DNA from: Phoronis australis
Taxonomy: Eukaryota > Animalia > Phoronida
Length of the DNA stretch: 64,000 bases
Assembly (NCBI GenBank): GCA_002633005.1
Contig: NMRA01000003.1
Location: forward strand, 324,129 to 388,128
Reading direction: 5' to 3'
The position numbers and the translations under genes are program-made. Positions 1 through 13,789 of the stretch are shown here, piece after piece. The notes below the pieces were generated by a model. The model was not told the DNA's origin. It did not search any database and saw only the letters and a list, made by a program, of their open reading frames with translations. Numbering within the stretch: position 1 is the stretch's first letter; every line of letters begins with the position of its first letter.

Positions 1-374
1 CTTTTTCGTATACGACTTTTCGTATGCTAAAAAAGGTGTGTAAGCAGATGTTCCAACAAAAATTTTTGCTGGTGGCGTGACTTATACCCAGATGTGCACA
101 ATATAGTTTCACGAAACTTATGTGCCAAGTTCATGTGACGAAATCGAGAAGGGTTTTTAATTATCTTAAGAAAAACTCCAGAGACATGTTAAGTGCCAGA
201 AACTTACCAGGATGCATGGAAATTTCACTATTTGGCTACAAAAACAAAACAAATTCTTACACGGGAGGGGAAACCCCCCTCCCGACCTCCCCCCGCTCGG
301 CGCCACGTGCCTAGGATTCGACCTTGGCGGGAATCTTAAACCCTCCCCTTGCTGAAAACGTAGATCCGCCACTG
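1..374 (-). mobile_element. Non-autonomous DNA transposon/MITE of the CAGTGGCGGATCT-end family, cut by the window start
   Basis: Closely matches the reverse complement of 26955-27306 and ends in TAGATCCGCCACTG. The same terminal motif occurs at 2945, 31181 and 43752. Confidence 0.75.
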
Positions 375-384
375 AGTGTAACAG

Positions 385-720
385 CACCCCGCCCCTACAA
401 CACCAAGAACCCTTTAATTCACTCCCATCCACATCCACACTCAGACCATACCCACATACACACACTACACCTCAAAACACCCACCCATAAATCCACACTC
501 CTTCACACACTACACCCCAAAACACCCACCCAATTAACATCCATGCACGTACACCCATAAATCCAAACCAAACCGCTCACACTCACATTTCCAACACACA
601 CAAATAACCACCCACCAATCCACACCTAGGCACCCACAATATTACCCACCCACAATACAAATGCCCACCCATTAATCAACACCTATTCATCCACACTCAA
701 TCTATATCCCAAAACACTTA
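385..720. repeat. Degenerate C/A-rich low-complexity tract
   Basis: Imperfect CACCCAC/CACAC repeats with almost no G. Confidence 0.8.
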
Positions 721-723
721 TTA

Positions 724-2222
724 CCGTATTCGCCCTAATAAGCGCCCATGCCCCTATAAGCGCCCCCACGCATTTTCAGACTTTGCTAAAATAAGTGCCC
801 AATCCAACATCGCCGTGTACATGCGAAAAATGCCTTACCTACAGTTCTAAAATTCTACACTCAGTAACGTCTTCAATTTATCAATAAGATCCAACAGTCC
901 TGAAAAAATCATTGTGCGCGGAATTAGTAGACCAAGAGCCTCGCCCCTATGTCGGTATTGAGCAGTGACTATACACTTCAAATTTCCACCGTGCTTCAAA
1001 AACTGAATGCAAGTTTTGATGATCTTGCAAGGTATGTGTCCTATTATGATCTGGCCTTTCAGAACAGACACAGCATACTTGTCAAAGGGATTGTATTGTA
1101 TCTTTCCTGTACAGATCTCCCTCAACAGGAATCCAAACCTCTTTGTACAAGTGAAAACTGCGAATCAAGGACTAATAAAAACTTGACCTTTTTTCAGTTA
1201 AAAGCACGTGGCTAGGAAGCGTGCACTACATTCAAGAATCTGTCATCGAAGATTAGTCTCTGGGAACTATCCATGAAATGGGTAGCATAGCAACGGCAAG
1301 AAATAAATACTGGCACATATTTTCGAAAGTTTCTAATACGGTAACCGTAAAAAACGTTTGCATTATCTTTAAGGGTGAATTATCAAATTAGTCGTAATTG
1401 GTGTTTTTAAAGTCAAAATGTCCCATTATAGTGAACACTTCCGCACCTTACACCTCTGGAATCTCCTGAAAAATAACTGTTAGACTGTCACGCATCCAGT
1501 CATCAGGTGATTCAATGACATCGGCTTTACCGATACAACTCTTAAATGTTTTGTAGCAGATGAGATCAGCAAGTGCTAAATAAAACATGTTCTACTTTAC
1601 TGCTTGTATTAATTTCCTTAGTTACAATGTACACCTAGATCGTTACATGGCGTTTACTCTGGCAAATGAACTCCGGTGACATGCACGCGCTCGCTCTCTC
1701 ACACAACATGCAGACGAACTTCAAAACAAACATCACGTGACAACAACATTTGTGTTCATCCAGAGATTTTTCTCGTGTTGCGGAGTACGATCTAGCGCAG
1801 ATTTGGACTTAATAAGAATATGCAGTTAATGCCGACTCCACAGGATTTTAAAAATCTTAGGGACGCTATTTTGAAAACTTAAGGAGGAGTTCAGGTAATT
1901 TGTTGAGTCGAAACTATATTTTTACTCAAGAATTCAAGTTGACCTACGGGCGATCGTGAGGCAGCGACGCATCAGTCAGCGGGTTTTTGCACTCGGATTT
2001 TCTGAAAAATGCTCGTAATTTAACAACAAAGTTTGATAGCAATGCACTGCATTTTGTAGAAACTCTGTCATAGTTAACCGATGTGTCACAGAGCATAAAT
2101 TGGATGAATTCTCGCTTACGATTTCACCAGTTTTGGAGACCGGGTTTCAACCACTTTTGGGCTTTAATAAGCGCCCCCTTCCTGAAGCGAATTTTTCTGG
2201 GAGCTTATTAGGGCGAATACGG
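724..2222. mobile_element. Non-autonomous Tc1/mariner-pogo-type TIR transposon (CCGTA termini, TA target-site duplication)
   Basis: Perfect 20-bp TIR CCGTATTCGCCCTAATAAGC / GCTTATTAGGGCGAATACGG. TA at 722-723 and 2223-2224. Subterminal TAAGCGCCC repeats. Confidence 0.85.
847..1170 (-). pseudogene. HIRAN-domain gene remnant inside the 724-2222 transposon
   Basis: Reads SLIRSFHLYKEVWIPVEG, then a frameshift, then EICTGKIQYNPFDKYAVSVLKGQIIIGHIPCKIIKTCIQFLKHGGNLKCIVT...GLLIP. This fits the HIRAN pattern IRG(Y/F)HxYKxxW...NxxDxxAV...GH(V/I)P. An in-frame TAG lies upstream. Confidence 0.7.
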
Positions 2223-2257
2223 TAACCACTCTGTCATCAACACAAACAAGCACACAT

Positions 2258-4288
2258 ACAATTGACCTATCGCAGCTCTGCCCCTATGCGAGAAGGCACG
2301 TGATGCCCGACATTCGAACGAAATGTCACAGGCAAATACACTGTTGCTAAACGACGTTCCTGGTGGAATCGATGAGTGTTTTTGCACTATTTGAAAACGC
2401 TTCGACAGAGACAAGAGGCGATGCTTTTCAACAGAGAATCGTACGTTTATGATATGGGAATTTGTAAAGGTGACGATGAAAAAATGGCTCGAGGAGCCGG
2501 CGAAAATCCCCTCTGCCTCGAGGCCACCTTCACCTGACAAATGACAAGGCCGCTGATACGATATGTTCATGTAAAGCTGGGTATGTACCTTCAAGTCGAA
2601 TTATCTGTGCGATTCCATAGTTTTCACGATCTTTCTAATAAAATCAGTAAAGATTCACCGATATTTTTATTCTGTCGTCTGCTAAATTTCGCCAAATAAA
2701 AAGTAGGTCACAACTGGTGGGACTCCCGGAGTAAAGTAGGTCATAGATTACAGACAACACATGCACTATAGCCTCTGACTAGGTGGACTCGATAGCACTG
2801 TTTACGCTTTTCTAATCTTGTAACGAAATATTTTGATAAAAAATTCAGGTTCATAGCTGCAGGTACACACTCATCTCGTCCTGGCCAAACAGTTCGCTCC
2901 GGTAGGTCTAGGGCTGTGTCTAAGTCAAGTTAATGTCTGGAACTCAGTGGCGGATCTAGGATACCACAAGGGGGGTCCAACATGTTACCTCGTGGAATTG
3001 GGCTAAGTGCAATTGTACGTACACAGGCGGCCCGAAAGTTGCAGGGGCCGGGGATGCAGACCTTTGGACCTTCTGTTCAAAAAATCAGGAACACGATTCC
3101 GCCGCGATCTGGGGTCTGAGCCCCCCTCTTCCGCTACCAGTCCTAGTTACTGAACTCAATATTTCCTCACGCTTCACGCTTTGCTATTTCATTTTGCTTG
3201 CGGGGGGGCCCTGCCTCCCTCCCCCCCTAAATCCGCCTATGGAATTGTCCGTTTGCACCATTAAGACCGTTTAAATTAGGCCTACCTTCTTACAAACTTG
3301 GCATTTTTTTGTAGTTTCATTCTATAATGGTACCTTTCATTTAATTTTGAAGGTAGCGTGATCATTAAGTCGTGGTATGGTTACAAAAGATTAAAAGTCT
3401 GGTGTGGTAGTTGCAAAAATAGGGTATTCACAAAAGTAACTCAAATTCTTTTTTAAAGCTTCATAAATCTACATATCATGTTTGAACAACTTCAAAATGA
3501 GCTCTGTCTAACTCTACAGACATAGTGTATACTAGAGGTACATGTCAAAAAGTAATTCAACAGTTTATTTTTAGTGACAACAGCTCGACCAAGGCTTTGA
3601 GTTACCGGCAGTAATCCCGTTGCCCTCCCTGTACCGATGGAATCTCTGAATTTTGACCGGGAGAGAAGTTCAGTTGAACGCCAGCCTACGGGTTTATGAA
3701 TAACAAAAATGTACCTCTGTTAGGTTGAAATAAATAAAAAAAAAACATAAAATAAAAATGTCCTTGAAAACAACAATTTCTGGGGACTCTACCGCTAGAG
3801 TGCTGAGATCCAGCAGGTGTCGAGACAAAGGCGGCCAGACATAGGAAACTCGGGAGCCTGAGATAGCCCTTCACCATAGCCACCAAGCTGAAAAGTGCGT
3901 ATCTTGGAACTAATATATTTGTGTTTATTATAGCCTTCGAGTTATCAAGAAACATCGCTAAGTTCAGCTGCTCGTGTGGCCGTACAGTTTGATCCATGGT
4001 TTACGCTTTTCAACATCATTTTTCGGCTTAGGACATGCCAAAAAATGACGGGATATTATTCTGGAGCAACATAATGGCTTTAGGTGCTACACACGCCATA
4101 TCAACACCGTTTCCCCATTCTTAGTGGAAAATTTCTTGAGCTATAGACCAAAGTAAGTTTTACTCGACTACGTGTGGTTTGTCGGGTATAATGGCGGCTT
4201 GGAAACGCAGACGAAGGTGTGCCAAGAATGCTTTGTTCTGATTGGTCAATTAAGCCATCCGTCATAATCCTGGCGATAGGTCAATTGT
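2258..4288. mobile_element. Unclassified TIR element with a nested MITE
   Basis: Perfect 16-bp inverted repeat ACAATTGACCTATCGC (2258-2273) / GCGATAGGTCAATTGT (4273-4288). No recognisable ORF. Confidence 0.55.
2945..3241. mobile_element. MITE of the CAGTGGCGGATCT family
   Basis: Imperfect TIRs CAGTGGCGGATCTAGG...CCTAAATCCGCCTATG with G/C runs inside. Confidence 0.6.
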
Positions 4289-5814
4289 CAATCCTCATGA
4301 AGTCCACTCTCTTCTGGGAAAATCTCACCAATTTAAAACACAATATGGTGGACAAAGAATGCTTTCTTCATTTTTTCACACGATATAAGTAAAACCAAAT
4401 AAATGCATAAAATGACACGCCGTGGCAAGTCATATATCGCGTTTTGGTAGTGACACACTAACCTGACCCCCCATGTCATTTTTGGGTGGGTGGAAATTGC
4501 TGACTAAACCACAAGCCATTATTTGGCGGTAACATGCGATTTCACACTAATACAAAGTAGTTCCATTGCCAGACATGGTGTAATTACCATCATGTTTATT
4601 GCTCCCACAGCCCAAGAGTGAGTAATAAACTATTAAAATTGTTGATAACAGCATGTCAAGTTGACAGTCCCTGTAACCCGTGAGGTTCTATTATGAAAAT
4701 TTCGCATTACAAACTTGCAGATGTTGGCCTCAAGCAATAAAAATTGCCAGTTCCTTCCAAGCAACTAAACAACTTCTAACTAATTTGACAAAGGCCAAAT
4801 AAGTGAATAAGATAAACCACAACAATCCACCTTGTAGACCTTGGTCTCAAGCAATGAACAATTGTCATTTTTTTCAAAGCCAAAAACCACTTCATTTACT
4901 GAAGGAAGAATTCCACACAAATTTCGCAACGCAACGGTAAAAGGTCAAAACACAAAATTGCTTTATGACAGAAGACAGACTTACAATTCCAAAAATAACT
5001 TCCAGACTTCAATTTTTGAAGGTAACTCAAAATCTGAAACTTCCCCCAAACCATAGGCCATAAAAACACTGTACATAATTTCATGTAAATCAACAAGCAC
5101 ACTAAAAAAAATCTGTGTTCAAAACTGCCAAAAGCCTCTTAACCGGTGACCTTGAAAGTATAGACTAAGCTTTATAAACGAATAACATGTCTAGAAAACA
5201 GTTCACTCAGAGCAGCCCTCTCAAGATTTAGATGTTTGGCTCATTCTTTAATGATCGTTAATAAGGGAAGGTTTATTAGTCTTGATAGAGAGGGAAGAAC
5301 ATGACCCTGCTTCAATAGGGGACAGGTGGAATCAGACGTGCACTTTTTTATTGAATGTAGATTATATTCTGATTTGCGCATAAAATTTTTACCTAGATTC
5401 GATAGGGTGGATGAAGCAGCTAGTATTCACGCTAAGCATTGGACAAATAACTGACATCCGAAACAGATTTAGTAAAAGGCAATCCTACACAAGAACCATT
5501 TGCTAACGGTCACGTTACTCGGGTAACTAAAAAAGGGCAGTAACCAGATTGTAGCGATCGTCATCACAGACACATCAGCTCATCAAAGTTGTAGTCGGTT
5601 CATGATGTTCCAAAGGTTGTGATGATAACTGTCCAAGACACAATTAAAATGATTATAGGAGAATATGTGAAACTTTCTTTGATTGAAAGTACAGGGACTA
5701 AACAAAACACGAAACCGATCTTTATTGGGATTAAAAGATAGAGCAACACGACGCTGGTTGCCTGGATGCCCAGACAGACAACAATATGTATCCACATAAG
5801 TATATGCAGGACCA

Positions 5815-6312
5815 TAAAAATTGCCTTTAACGGCCACAAAATATATAGCAAAACAACTGAAAATTATCTGGTGACACTCCCTCATACCTACCAAGTTCAG
5901 TAAAGATCCATTCAGGGATATGGCAGATATAAAAGCAAACACAAAAACATAAAACTGCCTTTGAGTGACATAGTAGTAGAACTGATGAATTTGTTTTGAA
6001 AGTTGTGCTCATCCATTCTCATGTTCACAGGAACACGTTTCGTAAAGTTTCACAAAGATCATGCAAAATCTTTAAGAAATATAGCTGCAGGTGCCAGACG
6101 GGCCTACGCCAGGCACTGAGCAGAGACGATGGCAATATGTACCCACATATGCATATGTATAACAACAGTTGGCCTCGAGCTATAGGAGAGACACTTGTTG
6201 AGAGTAAAATTTATGGTGATTGGACAAAAAATGCAGCCTGCAGCGAGCGAGCAAACAAACAAACAAATCTTGGACAGAGTAACATACTTGGCGAAAAAAT
6301 GTCGCCACGTAA
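5815..6312 (+). mobile_element. Degenerate HINE/Helentron-like repeat end, followed by a second short element with (AAAC)n and a terminal hairpin
   Basis: GATGGCAATATGTACCCACATATG end motif shared with the copies at 23911 and 60596. TGGCGA...TCGCCA hairpin at about 6288-6307. Confidence 0.5.
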
Positions 6313-7266
6313 TAGTTGAAAGTTATAAAGGGACAATAAACCTGTGCCTTTTTCACAAAACTAACTTCATTAAGACCACTTATTATAATAAAATCTCATC
6401 TTGATCTTTACTCAGTTTAGAAATAATTTTTAGGTTTGTGAAGAAACTGAGTTTGTTATTATGGTAGAGCAGGCTCATTAAAATGCTTTTCATAGCGGTT
6501 TAGATTCGGATGCCAAAGCAGTATAGCCGTAAGAGGAATTGCAGTTCTTTTAATATGTAACCCATTTGAATTCAAACGAAGGAACAGCAAATGCGCACAT
6601 GAAGAAAGTGTTTTTTGACACCAAAAAATGGTCGTTAGTGTCTTAAACACTCGCTATGTTCATCTTCTTGAGTTTGTGAGTTTGTGACTGTACAATGCAC
6701 TACCTTGAGTGACAGTGGTACAGGGGTCTACCATACTTCTTCCTGTTTTGCACAAAAATACTTGCCAAATGGTAATTTTTTACCGATGATTATCTTTTTG
6801 CCAATAATGTGAATTTTATGTTATTTCATGATGTCTGCACACAACAATCGATGCTTGTAATAGACTAAAATCCTCTTTATCTTGTTCACTATTGTAGAGA
6901 AATTTAACAAAATAGAATTTCATTTGTCATACTGTGTACCTAATACATTAACGGTTACTGTACATTTAATTGGCCTACTACACCGTGTAATTGGGCACAA
7001 TTCATTGATTAATTGAGTAAGCTGGTTATATTTGACCAAAGAGTTTGGAAGAAACAAAAATATTCAGATGCCATGCTACAGAATTCTTCAAAAGCTTCTT
7101 TGCATTGTAGCTTAGGTGTAGTACATTTTAACAAAATTGTGTGAAGTGAGGGCATGACAGGTAGGATTCAGCAAACATAAACTTTAAGTTCTTCCGTATC
7201 AACAGAAACAAACACTTAACAGTCAACAATATGATTAATTCATATTTTTTTGAAAAAAAAACTTAC

Positions 7267-7588
7267 TTGCACCGATACGCATTTCCATGCTGATCTTCCA
7301 TAGAAAAACTAGCATCTTTCTCAACACCATTTTTTCGAAGATTTCTGATATCTGTGTTATGCTGCACACGAATGCCAAGTTTTTTCTGATAATCATTCAG
7401 GTATCGCACATAGGTTTCACGATGAGGGAACATTTTCTTAGAATAATGCCTCATTTGAAGAGATTCGTCATCAGAAATGAGAGAGTTCCAATCATGACGG
7501 AAGTTAAACTCTTTGTTCGTCTTCCCAGTGTGTCGTTTGTTTATACTAATGAGGATGTCATGCCGAGGATACTTGGTATAGAATGCAC
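7267..7588 (-). CDS. FOXRED2: FAD-dependent oxidoreductase domain-containing protein 2, coding exon 2 (322 nt, phase 1->2)
   Basis: GAFYTKYPRHDILISINKRHTGKTNKEFNFRHDWNSLISDD...QHGNAYRC matches the FOXRED2 motif YPRHxxLISINKRxTGKxNxEFNxRHDWNSL. tgcag acceptor, gtaagt donor. No further exons recognised in 1-7266. Confidence 0.92.
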
Positions 7589-10479
7589 CTGCAATAAATG
7601 AAGATGTCGTTATGCATGATTTTCCAAAGGAAAATATATAAACAGCACTTTTCAAAGAAAAGTTCACAGAGCGTTTTCACAACAAAAAGTAAAAATTTTG
7701 TAGCAAAAGTTTCAGCTACCAGTTTCTGCTTTCCTTATGTGTTCTTGTCGTAACTAGCAGTCGTTGAAATTTGTCACATGAGAAATGACAGTCTTCCAGT
7801 GCACCAAAGTCATACCAGGAAAATGGCTACCTTCGTTACCAAGTGTCACACTTCTTCAAATATTTTCAACCCATGAAGCCATGTGCTTTTACCGTCCTTG
7901 GTGAGCAAAGGCACATTATGTGCATAAAATAGCGCCTAGAGGTTCGTAGTCACGTGACCCATACTTTTCAAAATCACCTTTTACCCTCATTGCCAAGAAT
8001 CAAGCATTAAACATTAGAAAACCATCCCATTTCGCGGCACCTTGTGCTTCGTCAATAGTCCTGTTGCCATCAGGAGGCCTGTTTATCAAGAAATCTTATC
8101 CAAGGTCTTATTGTGCAGGGTAGGCTTCAAAACAACAAAACACTGGCTAAAACAAATTTACAAAAATTGGACTGAAATTGGTGATTTTTTAGTGTTTGGG
8201 TTCTAAAATTGAACTCCTCATAAAATGTTAAGTTGTGAAAATGATTAGCAGAATATGATAACTAATAGGCAAAGTTAGATGCTTCAGGTTTAGGTTCTCT
8301 GGTATCCACATTCAATGAGCAAAGGATTAATTATCATTATTTTGAACATTCTAGACCTACTAAAGGAAGCAGTGCTCGTAAACTTAAAATAGCAATGTTC
8401 TCCTCGAAAGGAACATTAGCCACATTTCATCATGATTGTTCGAGCAGCTTGAGGATATGTATGCATACAACAAAGAGCAGACACAAAAACAATAAAAAAG
8501 ACACAACAGTGCTGGAAATTAAAATTGCCACAGGCATCACAGGTAGTTGGATCTGTCCAAAAATTCTCTCACACCCATGATAGTAACATGTCTGTAAAAT
8601 TTCATTAACATCCATCGAGAGCTTTTAGAGATACAGCAGCGTATGCTAGATGGCCAATAACGTTACAATGTGCCCACATACTATACATGTATGTGAGGGC
8701 ATGAAAATGATTTTTTAAGTCAACCATAAAAATCTCCATACTGATGACAAAAACATCATCAGAAAAATGTCACAATTTATATACAATGCTGAACTTTGAA
8801 TGAGGTTGTGGTTCCATTGAGGGAGATTTCAACATTGACGTGAGGCCAAAAGTTTTTTAAGCTTGGTCATAGCCGAGACAGTCGTGAGAATGTTTTTGCA
8901 AAGGTGACGTTGCATTTTTTACATGAGCAAATCAATTTCAACTTATGTACAAATGGTTAAGTTCACTTGTCAGAGCCCAGGCACCTTCATACATCCCTTT
9001 GCTATGAAAACCTGAAGACCAAACTTACAGCTGGTGATAATATGGGGCCCTTATTATAAAGTGCAACACAACATTTACAAGATAATTAAGAAATGGCTGA
9101 ATCTGGCTGACTTTGGAACATGATATCTCAGAAATGGTCGACTTGATTCATATGACACTTCCATGTACTATGCTCTATACATTGTTCTCAAAACCAGAAT
9201 TAGGAATTGTTTTTTAAATGTTACACTTTTGCTTGAGGGGCTGCATTTTTAATATCTCACATTCATAAATACAGAAAAATTAAGTCAAATACTGGAATTT
9301 GCTTAATTTTTTTGTATTTTGTTACCACAACAGGATGTCTCAAAACTCATGCTTTTAACTCATATTTATATCAAATAACATTTGATCAGCTTATTTATAA
9401 ATTTGTTTTAATAAATGTACCTTTCTCTTTAGCTAAATTTCAGTAAAAAGACTTGGACACATGACCCAATTAATAAGATTGGCTAAAAGCCAAACATCAA
9501 ATTCTACAGCCTTTCTACTTTCTGAAAATACATACTTTTACTGAGCTAAAACTGTACTTTTTCATATATTTTGCTATGTGAACAGGCTTGTTGATAAGAA
9601 TTTCCTTCCTCAAGAATTTGAGAACCATATTGTTTCAACAGTTAAAGATTAGTGTTTGAATGTGTGAATGTGCTGTGACAGTCAATACTCAGTGGGCTTT
9701 ACAGTAACTTATAGTGTTTGAATGTATTTAAACTAAGAACGGAAATCAGCATGGAATGAAAACAGCAGTTACCCGAATGTCCATTCTAGGATTTTTTTGG
9801 ACATTTGAGTGAATAATAAGAACTAAAATGAGCTTTATAATATCATTTTTGCAAAAAAATCAATTTTGGAAATTGACGTCAAATGGATTCAACGCCATCT
9901 TATCCTTTATATTGTTACACAATCGCCGTCTTTGTTGCCAGTTCCTCAAATCATTAGCCAGTTCTTGTATTTGAAATGAAGGTGAATTATTCTTGGAAGT
10001 CCTTCAAATTGTAAATTATTGTTGCAATCTTACAACAGATCGAGTCCACAAGCGCGATCAACTCAGACCAATGGATGGGATTCAAGAGTCATGTCGAGTT
10101 ATTGCATGCCCAGCTGTACTCATTACAGGTGTCTTGCTCAACTTAACTTGTATGGAGTTATACTGTCCCTCGGAATAACTTTGTTCAAACTGGCAGTGTT
10201 CTGTCACATTCCAGTGGAAAACATCCTTGCCCCCACTCAGGACTATATTGCAGTCACAATGGCGACCCCGCGCTTCCAATTTCCAAGTCCGGCTTGGGTG
10301 TGCTTATCGAGGCCATCTGAAGTTGATTTTATACACATTGATTTCTAGTTTCTGCAAAAACTTGGATTTTGACAAAAATTTTTACCAAAGTAGTATCTAG
10401 TTATCTAAAATCCTTTTAATTCCTATCATTGACCCAAATGTCCAAAAATCCAACAATTTTTTTTAAGGTGGTGATCTAC

Positions 10480-10681
10480 CTGACACGTTAGCTCGTTCAA
10501 ATACAACATAGTCTCTTCCTGCTCTCTGTAAAAAGTATCCCATCTGAAGACCGGATGGGCCTGCGCCTACCACACAGTAGTCAATGTATTGCACTCCACT
10601 GGCTGGATCACTTGATGAGCTGTGACTGAACCATCCAACCAAAAGGAACAATTGAATGACTTTAACCATGATCGACTTCAT
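10480..10681 (-). CDS. FOXRED2: FOXRED2 first coding exon (signal peptide and FAD-binding motif); the exon starts at 10690
   Basis: [23 protein letters not shown] (signal-peptide-like), then [30 protein letters not shown] (GxGxxG motif). tttcag acceptor 9 nt before the ATG. Phase-1 donor is compatible with exon 2. Confidence 0.92.
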
Positions 10682-13384
10682 GGTATCACCCTGAAATACA
10701 ATAAAGCACAATTTACTGATAAACACAACAACACAAAACATCCTCTACTTGACTTCATTTTCAGTGACAATCTTCCTTGTTGTAGTCGCTTGGGTATTCC
10801 ACTTTATTTTTGACCAGAGTGCAGCTGGAAAATTAGGATACCAATACATGTAGCGAGTGGACTCAAAAAAAGATACCCATTTGTAAGAGTCCATGAAAAA
10901 GACACCCTTTCGTAGGATTTTTCCACAAACACAGACATTTTGTATGCATTAATTCCAAAAAAACAAACCGTTTAGTAAGAATTACTAAACATCTGTCTTT
11001 TCGATCCATTAAGCTTGAAACAGTACAGAAGATATCATGTCAAATATGAGTTCATCTTTTGCCATGGAAACATTTTAAAAAATAGAGATAGTAAAAACTC
11101 ATCTGTAGATTTTTGTAGTAGGAAAATATTTTTATAAACTTTCAAACTCCCAAGGTGAACCCTGTTGCAGTGGATTACAAGTGAAAAAGCACTCTTTTGT
11201 AACGTGTTTAGTCAGACAAAGGCATCCCACTTTCATAGTGAAACTGAGCAACACTTCCATTGGAATATCCCAGGCATTTACTTTGCCAACACTTAACAAT
11301 TGTATTTTAACTTCGCCTCTGCAGCACAAGATTATAGTTTCAAGATCAAACTTTGTTGTAACTGTAATGGCAATATCATTTATCAAGTAGGTTTCAATGA
11401 TGAAGTGTCTCCAAAAGCTGTAACTTCATATTGTGCACAATAGGATCACAATGTAATATTACAAAGCATGTCTCAACACTCTACTTCAATTCACCTCAGA
11501 GCTCTGGGGAGCAATAAGGGCAAGCAAGGATATCCACAAAAAGCATATGGTAACATACATTAAATTCCAAGGTAACAATGCAGAGCCCTTGGTGAGTTTG
11601 GGAGACTTCCAGTTTCGTACATTGCCTGACTAAACTAATCAAATTTTGGTTAAAGCTATTAGACAGGAGTGCAATAGATTTCCAAAATCAATGGACTGCA
11701 AATACAATGTTATGGTCAGATAAATAAATGAGGATTGAAAACTTGGTGTACAGACATTCAAAAAAGCTATACTGTGCCCTATCATAGAGGTGATAAATTA
11801 CCTATACAAGCTGTTAACACTGCCCATCAAAATGACTTATTGCCCTGGTGTTAACTGCTAAAATTGCTTCTTGGTTTGCATTGGTATACAAGAAATAGCA
11901 AGCGGTAATGAGTGATAGTCAACATGGTCATATTTTCATTTGGTGCTATGAGACAAAAATCCACATATATCTACTGAATGCAAATAAAAAAACAGCTAAC
12001 AACAGGGCTAAAAACAGCCACGTATGCACAACTAATAATAAACTTATGGAATTCATATTATTCTCAACACTGAAATCACCACTAAAGGCAATCACGACCT
12101 GCCTAAATGGGCAATTTTATTTGTTCATTCATGCATGTACCACAAGCGGAAGACCTTTTTTATCAGTGACAGGTAAGAAACTACATATTAATTTGACACC
12201 TTAAAACATATGGGTTCGTAAAGAACACGAAATCTTAGAAGACTTAATAAAGTTACAACACAATGAGGAATTTTTACAATCTCTCCCATACACACTGTGT
12301 GGTGTTGGCATTTTCCTGTTTCTAGACTAAGCCTACATGTGTTTTGTACTCATTATAATACTGACATCTTTTTTCCAAGTTCTAACCTCGTATGTCACTA
12401 CATACCCAGTTTTAAAGATAATAAATACCATAATGTAATAAATACGATAATGTCAAGATCTTTGACTATAAGCTTTCAAAGAGACCTGATTTCTCTCTCA
12501 ATTTTTGAACATCAAGGTAAACACATCAAGATTCATCCAACCATCTATTTTATCATGTGGAAGAATATTGATAAAAACACAAAAACAAACATGCCTGTAA
12601 GAAGAAACAATTCGTATACAATACAATGCCTAAAAGGTCAAGAGATTTATGACTGACTATTCTTGAGACGAAAATTTATAAAATCCTCTCAAAGTTTTGA
12701 CACAAGAGACCTGGGGAAAAGACCCAATTGCACTTCACTGTTTAGGTTATCTAGCAATTTCTATAGCCAGTAGTACAGAATTGTGTCAGAATTTCATGGT
12801 TGAGAACAACAATTAACTCATTAGTTAATTAGTTAATACTAATGCAGAAACACAGTATGGCACCTACCTTCAGGCTGACACTGGAGCCCAAACACAAAAC
12901 AAACCCTTTTGACCACAAGCGGCCCTGGCACCAGCACAAATCTTAAATCCAGAGATTGTGGATCACATTTCAAGGCTCAGTGCTCAACTGCCCTTGATCA
13001 CTGCATGTATACAAATACCAACAGGTACAGAGGATAACAGATCATATTGTACAAAGCAGCAAAAGGTCAGAGGCCAATAATATAGACCCCCAATGACATC
13101 AAAATGCACAAACTATACTAGTGTTGGACTAAATTTTCTTAACACATTACAGCGTTTTCCCATTGCTCCCAACTTGTTTGATTCTATCGAACAAGTTGGG
13201 AGCAACGGGATGTCGCAGTCATGACTCTGAGTTTAACAGTGTTCACAGGTGGTCTATAATAAGCCTGCTTGTTGTCATAACAGACAAAAGAGTGTGCTTG
13301 GCAGTTAACAAAGAAGCTAGATGTTATCAGACGCTCAGAACCCCCTACGTCTGGTTAAGTCACTGAACGAGAAAACGCTGTCAT

Positions 13385-13552
13385 GAACTGGAATTTCAAC
13401 TGTGGTTCAACAGCGGTTTCAACTGGCATTCGACTGGCAGTTCAAGTGGTGTACGACTAGAATTTCAACTGTGGTTTATCTGGGATTTCAACTGGTGTAC
13501 AACTGGAATTCCAACTGCGGTTCAACTACGATTTCAACTGGTGTTTAACTGA
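13385..13552. repeat. Degenerate tandem repeat with a TTCAACTG core
   Basis: Repeated TTCAACTG-like units at about 11/22-bp spacing. Confidence 0.75.
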
Positions 13553-13789
13553 TAAGGAAGCAGAAAGCTTTAACCCGCTTGAATCCTACTTCAACAGTTG
13601 GATTGATCCTTAAACAATTATCCTATAAATGTAGGATAACTGAAGCACAATTGTAAACTAACTACGGTAAAACCAAAGTTTCAGTTTGGAGTACATATGG
13701 ACATTCTTACCATTATAGGGATTTACCAATATATAAACTTAGACAATTTACCCACATTAGTGATTGATATACCACGTTATTGGAGAGTT

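Noticed and set aside
1-7266. Search for further FOXRED2 exons
   Set aside because: No frame resembling the next FOXRED2 segment was found; the region is mostly transposon-derived intron.
11058-11071. RFX X-box-like TTTGCCATGGAAAC upstream of the FOXRED2 coding exon
   Set aside because: Single motif, not near an evident TSS and within repeat-like sequence; it cannot be told from chance.
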